From an uncultured Ruminococcus sp. (lineage in GTDB: Bacteria; Bacillota; Clostridia; Oscillospirales; Ruminococcaceae): DNA of 64,000 bases. The notes under the pieces are model-generated. The model did no database searches, had not been told where the DNA came from, and saw nothing but the letters and a program-made list of their open reading frames with translations. Positions 59,738 through 64,000 of this stretch are shown piece by piece. Each line of letters starts with the position of its first letter. Positions within the stretch are counted from its first letter, which is position 1. A program made the translations under genes and the position numbers. The stretch lies in the NCBI GenBank assembly GCA_910584195.1, contig CAJTYV010000001.1:239728-303727 (forward strand). Direction: 5' to 3'.

Positions 59738-60334
59738 CTATTTTTTGCTTCCTTCAATAAAATAAGAAGCCTCCATATCCGCAACATGAAGCGCAAAAGC
59801 AAGCGGATACGTTTCCAAAGCCTTTCCGATAAGGTTTTTGTCCTCAATACCTGAAAATCCCATATGCCAGCGGATAGCGCAGGCTTCATCACGAGTGAGT
59901 CTGCCATCTCCGAAAAGATAGCCAGAGATTATATAAACCGATTTTTCGCCGTGACCGTAAGGCAGTGTCTCGTTAATCGTATAGGCATTGTATTTTTCCC
60001 ATTTACCCGTAATATCGTTTTTGCGGTTGCGGACTTCAGTAGTATAGAAGTTGACCTTACAAAGATCGTGAAGCAGAGCAACTATAGCGATAGTTTCTTC
60101 CGAAAAATCCATTCCGTAAAGTTCCTTTGCACGGGGACGTGAGAGATAATCTTTCAGGCAATGATAAACATTTACGCTGTGTTCAACCAATCCGCCCTCG
60201 TAAGAGCCGTGAAATCTTGTGCTGCTCGGTGCTGTAAAAAAGTCTGATTTTTTTAAATACTCCAACAATTTATCCGCACCGGGACGCTTTATATTTTCAG
60301 TGTATATTTTTATAAATTCTTCTTTTGGCGACAT
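59738..60334 (-). CDS. HD-domain phosphohydrolase
   Basis: aaggag RBS and MSPKEEF... at 60334. HD metal ligands appear in ...RFHGSYEGGLVEHS... and ALLHDLCK. Confidence 0.65.
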   Translation of the reverse strand: MSPKEEFIKIYTENIKRPGADKLLEYLKKSDFFTAPSSTRFHGSYEGGLVEHSVNVYHCLKDYLSRPRAKELYGMDFSEETIAIVALLHDLCKVNFYTTEVRNRKNDITGKWEKYNAYTINETLPYGHGEKSVYIISGYLFGDGRLTRDEACAIRWHMGFSGIEDKNLIGKALETYPLAFALHVADMEASYFIEGSKK

Positions 60335-60534
60335 TGATACACTCCTTATGTACAGCAGACTATGCAATAGATCAGCCTTGATTTTGCCGGACGATCTGCC
60401 TAAAAGACATGCCCAAAACACCTGCAGCAGCTTACGGCAGAAAACTATAGTTACATTATATCATATTCAAGACAAAATTTCAAGGGTTTTTGTTGATTTT
60501 TACGTATAAATTTTATTAACAAAATTGTATATTT

Positions 60535-60852
60535 TCACGTTTTGTACCTTATTTCATATTTTTTCGCATATTCTATTCCGAATTTTTCGGAAAGAAATTC
60601 CTTATCTGAAACAAGAAGAAGCTTTTGTGGACGTTTCAGTTTCTTCACTGCACATTCAAGTTTTAAAGCGTCCGATCTGCTGTCACAGCTCCATACGGCG
60701 AGAATTTTTTCGGGAGGATTTGCACGGGTAAATTTTGCGCCTTTTTTTCCTCCCGAATGCTCTGCAAAACGTCGTTCCATATCAGTCGTTATCCCTGTAT
60801 ACAGCCTGCCGTCACGGCATTGTATAACATATATAAAGTATGCTTGGGTCAC
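60535..60852 (-). CDS. GIY-YIG nuclease-domain protein (UPF0213/YhbQ-like)
   Basis: YFIYVIQC.DGRLYTGIT.D..RR..EH GIY-YIG core. It overlaps the tex stop by 4 nt. Confidence 0.75.
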   Translation of the reverse strand: MTQAYFIYVIQCRDGRLYTGITTDMERRFAEHSGGKKGAKFTRANPPEKILAVWSCDSRSDALKLECAVKKLKRPQKLLLVSDKEFLSEKFGIEYAKKYEIRYKT

Positions 60853-63113
60853 TTTGTTTTTATTCTGAAAGCACTGTTATTTATCTTTGACGGGTCAAAT
60901 CCCTTCTGTTCGCGTTTTTCACGGCGTGGACGGTCGTTTCTCTTTTTCTTCTGCTCTTTTTTCTCCGCCTCATCGTCAAGTTTCATAGTCAAAGAGATAC
61001 GGCTGCGCTTTACGTCAACTTCCAGAACGCGGACTTTAACGACCTCTCCTACCTTTACAGCTTCAAGAGGATGCTTTATAAATTTATTGCAGATCTGAGA
61101 AATATGAACGAGGCCGTCCTCATGAACTCCTATATCAACAAATGCGCCGAAATCAATGATATTGCGTACAGTTCCCACAAGCTCCATTCCGGGTTTCAGA
61201 TCCTTTATCTCCATAACATCGCCGCTTCTGAGCAGAGGCGGAGGAAGTTCGTCACGAAGGTCGCGTCCGGGTTTTTTCAATTCTCCGATAATGTCTGTCA
61301 GCGTAGGAACACCGATTCCGAGCTTTTCGCTTACATTATTGACGTTTACCGAATCTGAAACCAAAATTCCGCCCCCAGCAACATCTGCAAGAGTAAAACC
61401 GCATTCGCTTATAAGAGCTTCGGCCGCTTTATAGCTTTCGGGATGAACCGCTGTATTATCCAGAGGATTCTTTCCATCGCGGACACGCAGGAATCCGGCG
61501 CACTGTTCAAAAGCTTTTTTGCCCAGCTTCGGAACTTTCATAAGTTCCTTACGATCGGTGAATTTTCCGTTTTCCTCACGGTAAGCCACAATATTTTTAG
61601 CCACTGCCGAATTGATACCTGCAACATATGAAAGAAGCGAATGTGAAGCTGTGTTAAGGTCAACGCCTACAGAGTTAACGCAGTCCTCTACAACTCCCGA
61701 AAGAGCATCATTCATGCGTGCCTGAGGCATATCATGCTGATACTGACCGACTCCGATTGCCTTCGGCTCTATTTTAACAAGCTCGGCAAGCGGATCCTGC
61801 AAGCGGCGCGCAATGGAAACCGCGCTTCTCAGGGAAACATCATAATCGGGGAATTCCTCAGCTGCAAGCTTGGATGCCGAATACACTGAAGCTCCTGCCT
61901 CGCTGACTACGATGTAGCTTACAGGCTGAGACAGTTCTTTTATAAGCTCGGCAGCAAACTGCTCTGTTTCACGCGACGCCGTGCCGTTTCCGATAGAAAT
62001 TGTAGTAACGTTATGTTTCTGAATAAGGTCTTTGATTATTTTTTTAGAAAGCGCTATATTCGTTTTCGGTCCGGGAGTACAGTAAACCACGTTTGTATCA
62101 AGGACCTTTCCGGTAGAGTCGATAACGGCAACCTTGCATCCCGTTCTGTACCCCGGATCAAGACCGAGTATGACGCTGTTTTTGAGAGGCGGCTGGAGAA
62201 GAAGCTGACGGAGGTTAGAAGCAAAAACCTTTATAGACTCCTCAGCGGCATTAGCTGTCATTTCCGAACGCACCTCACGCTCAATAGACGGAAAGATAAG
62301 CCTTTTATATCCGTCCTCTGCAGCAGCGCGTACAAGTTCACCGCATGGATTGTTCGCCTTGATATACTTGCTGAAAATTATATCGGTCGCAGCCGTTTCG
62401 TCAAGTGAAAGAGAAACTTTAAGGAACCCTTCTTTCTCTCCTCTGTCAAGAGCAAGAACACGATGATTAGCCACCTTTGACACCGGTTCCGAATATTCGT
62501 AGTAATTAGTGTAAACGCTTTCTGCTTCGGGGTCGGAAGCTTTTGAAACGATCTCACCTTTTTCCGATGCGGCGGAACGGAGCTTCTTACGCAGCTCTGC
62601 ATCGTCCGAAATATCCTCGGCGATAATATCCATTGCTCCCTGAATAGCAGCGGCAATATCGGGAACTTCCTTTTCCTCGTTTACAAATTTAGCTGCTTCC
62701 GCTTCGGGATCGGAAGAGTTCTCCTGAGCCATGATTATCACCGCAAGAGGTTCAAGACCTTTTTCACGGGCAATACTTGCTCTCGTACGTCTCTTGGGCT
62801 TGAAGGGACGGTAAATATCCTCAACCTCAACAAGAGTTACGGCAGCCGAAATAGCATTTTCGATCTCGGGCGTCATTTTTTCCTGTTCGGTTATAGCTGC
62901 GCGTACTTCCTCCTTGCGCTTTTCAAGATTGCGCAGATAGGTAAGGCGCTCGGAAAGCTCACGCAGGATCTGATCGTCCAGTGAACCGGTAACTTCTTTA
63001 CGATACCGCGCAATAAAAGGAATGGTCGCACCCTCGTCTATAAGTCCGACGGTATTATCGACCTGCTCCTGTCTCAGATTAAATTCTTTAGCTAATTCTT
63101 TGTTAATATCCAT
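60849..63113 (-). CDS. tex: Tex-like RNA-binding transcription accessory protein
   Basis: Tex N-terminal HTH, YqgF-like region, HhH region and a C-terminal S1 domain (...GMELVGTVRNIIDFGAFVDIG...). Confidence 0.9.
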   Translation of the reverse strand: MDINKELAKEFNLRQEQVDNTVGLIDEGATIPFIARYRKEVTGSLDDQILRELSERLTYLRNLEKRKEEVRAAITEQEKMTPEIENAISAAVTLVEVEDIYRPFKPKRRTRASIAREKGLEPLAVIIMAQENSSDPEAEAAKFVNEEKEVPDIAAAIQGAMDIIAEDISDDAELRKKLRSAASEKGEIVSKASDPEAESVYTNYYEYSEPVSKVANHRVLALDRGEKEGFLKVSLSLDETAATDIIFSKYIKANNPCGELVRAAAEDGYKRLIFPSIEREVRSEMTANAAEESIKVFASNLRQLLLQPPLKNSVILGLDPGYRTGCKVAVIDSTGKVLDTNVVYCTPGPKTNIALSKKIIKDLIQKHNVTTISIGNGTASRETEQFAAELIKELSQPVSYIVVSEAGASVYSASKLAAEEFPDYDVSLRSAVSIARRLQDPLAELVKIEPKAIGVGQYQHDMPQARMNDALSGVVEDCVNSVGVDLNTASHSLLSYVAGINSAVAKNIVAYREENGKFTDRKELMKVPKLGKKAFEQCAGFLRVRDGKNPLDNTAVHPESYKAAEALISECGFTLADVAGGGILVSDSVNVNNVSEKLGIGVPTLTDIIGELKKPGRDLRDELPPPLLRSGDVMEIKDLKPGMELVGTVRNIIDFGAFVDIGVHEDGLVHISQICNKFIKHPLEAVKVGEVVKVRVLEVDVKRSRISLTMKLDDEAEKKEQKKKRNDRPRREKREQKGFDPSKINNSAFRIKTK

Positions 63114-63201
63114 ATTTTATCCTTTCAGCGTAATAATTATTTTCAGAACCTGTCTGTAATTCAATGTGTACTGCTGTCCCCCGTTCAAATTAAAAACAGT
63201 A

Positions 63202-64000
63202 CTAATTATTAAGCCTGTCTATCCATGAAAAAAAGGTTTTTGCAATGTCACGATAGACGGCGAGATTATTTTTTTCATTCAGCACCTCATGACGCATATT
63301 GTCAAAAAGTCTGTGAGATATACTTTCGTAGCCTGCCGTACGGAGATTCTCTATAGACCGGAAAAATCGCTTTTCCGACAGCATTACGGGGTCTTCTTTG
63401 CCCGATATGAACCGTATCGGAAGATTCCGATTTTTCATCTGCCACCCTTTGCCGCTGTAGGTTTCTTTTAAAAGATACAGCAAAGCTTCATAGCCGTTGA
63501 GCGTATAAATGAAGTTTGAACGCGGATTTTCATTGAACTCTTCTACGACTTCCTTTCGGCTGCATATCCATGAATGAGGAATCGTCCCGAAATTTTTGTT
63601 GAAAAGCTTTTCCGCCGCTTCACTTACGCTTTCGCTGCGGTAACGGCTTTTCCGGCGTTTGGCAAGAGCGGAATTTATAGCTCTTACAAGTCCCGAAAAA
63701 CGGCTGTATGAAGGCGAACCAAGAATAATAAGTCCGTTTATTTCATCGTCATGCTCCTTTAAAAAGCACCTTGCCCCCAGCGATCCCATGCTGTGAGCTG
63801 CCATAAAGCACGGCAGATCCGGATACGCCGTGTGAATCATGCGGTTAAGCTGCGCTATATCCGAAACAAACCCCTTTCCTCCGTTTTTAAACAGAAAGCC
63901 GAGATCATCCTCGGTAACAACACTGCTGCCATGACCGCGATTGTCATGAATAACGGTAATAAAGCCTTGTTCAGCAAGATAATCCATAAAATCATAATAA
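63202..64000 (-). CDS. Alpha/beta-hydrolase (lysophospholipase/monoacylglycerol-lipase-like), 5'-partial at the window edge
   Basis: Nucleophile elbow AHSMGS. The frame stays open beyond the listed Met (...YYDFMDYLAEQGF) to position 64000, so the N-terminus lies outside the window. Confidence 0.7.
   Translation of the reverse strand, partial: YYDFMDYLAEQGFITVIHDNRGHGSSVVTEDDLGFLFKNGGKGFVSDIAQLNRMIHTAYPDLPCFMAAHSMGSLGARCFLKEHDDEINGLIILGSPSYSRFSGLVRAINSALAKRRKSRYRSESVSEAAEKLFNKNFGTIPHSWICSRKEVVEEFNENPRSNFIYTLNGYEALLYLLKETYSGKGWQMKNRNLPIRFISGKEDPVMLSEKRFFRSIENLRTAGYESISHRLFDNMRHEVLNEKNNLAVYRDIAKTFFSWIDRLNN

Noticed and set aside
58920-59765. 281-aa plus-strand ORF antisense to the GH13 gene
   Set aside because: It sits inside a GH13 gene with clear catalytic motifs. 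It has Ile/Val/Asn-rich shadow composition.
63202-63987. Treating the alpha/beta-hydrolase as complete with its start at 63987
   Set aside because: The reading frame stays open upstream of that Met to the window end (...YYDFMDYLAEQGF). The family normally has ~50 more N-terminal residues, so the gene is called 5'-partial.
1-64000. CRISPR arrays, transposases, integrases and prophage blocks
   Set aside because: No regularly spaced direct repeats were seen. No ORF had transposase or integrase motifs. The repeats found are short palindromic elements and duplicated promoters.

Overview
This 64-kb window looks like a chromosomal region of a cellulolytic Firmicute, probably Ruminococcus or another Oscillospiraceae member. 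The evidence is three dockerin-bearing proteins with near-identical Ca-binding dockerin modules, high coding density on both strands, sigma-A-type promoters, and aaggagg ribosome-binding sites. Housekeeping genes present are comFC, lon, engB, lysA, an aconitase, an NADP isocitrate dehydrogenase, rex, fumC, glmS, purA, an aspartokinase (lysC), trkH/trkA, tex and uppP. Carbohydrate-active genes are a GH9 endoglucanase with CBM3c and dockerin, a GH3 beta-glucosidase, a GH13 enzyme, a GH25 muramidase, a dockerin LRR protein and a dockerin beta-helix protein. An RNase P RNA gene (rnpB, minus strand, about 5081-5392) is missing from the ORF track and is recognisable from its conserved sequence blocks. 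The most interesting locus runs from about 16.5 to 28.2 kb. There rex and fumC are followed by hdrB-hdrC-hdrA-mvhD and three Flx-like subunits. After a highly structured 286-bp spacer come frdB and a flavoprotein frdA that lacks the covalent-FAD histidine, then an AAE-family transporter. This looks like a soluble, possibly flavin-based electron-bifurcating, NADH:fumarate reductase built on a FlxABCD-HdrABC scaffold. The window also contains a family of REP-like palindromic elements built around a cgcacaaag core, two duplicated promoter or terminator-promoter cassettes, and a pspA locus with an unlisted, translationally coupled 56-aa membrane ORF and a repeat-rich membrane protein. It further contains an SPFH (YdjI-like) protein fused to four tandem zinc ribbons, and a 16-bp perfect palindrome upstream of a Crp/Fnr regulator that sits divergently to a reverse rubrerythrin. 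No CRISPR array, transposase or integrase was seen. All coordinates come from manual reading of the sequence and ORF track. No database search or structure prediction was possible, so every family call rests on motifs I recognised by eye.
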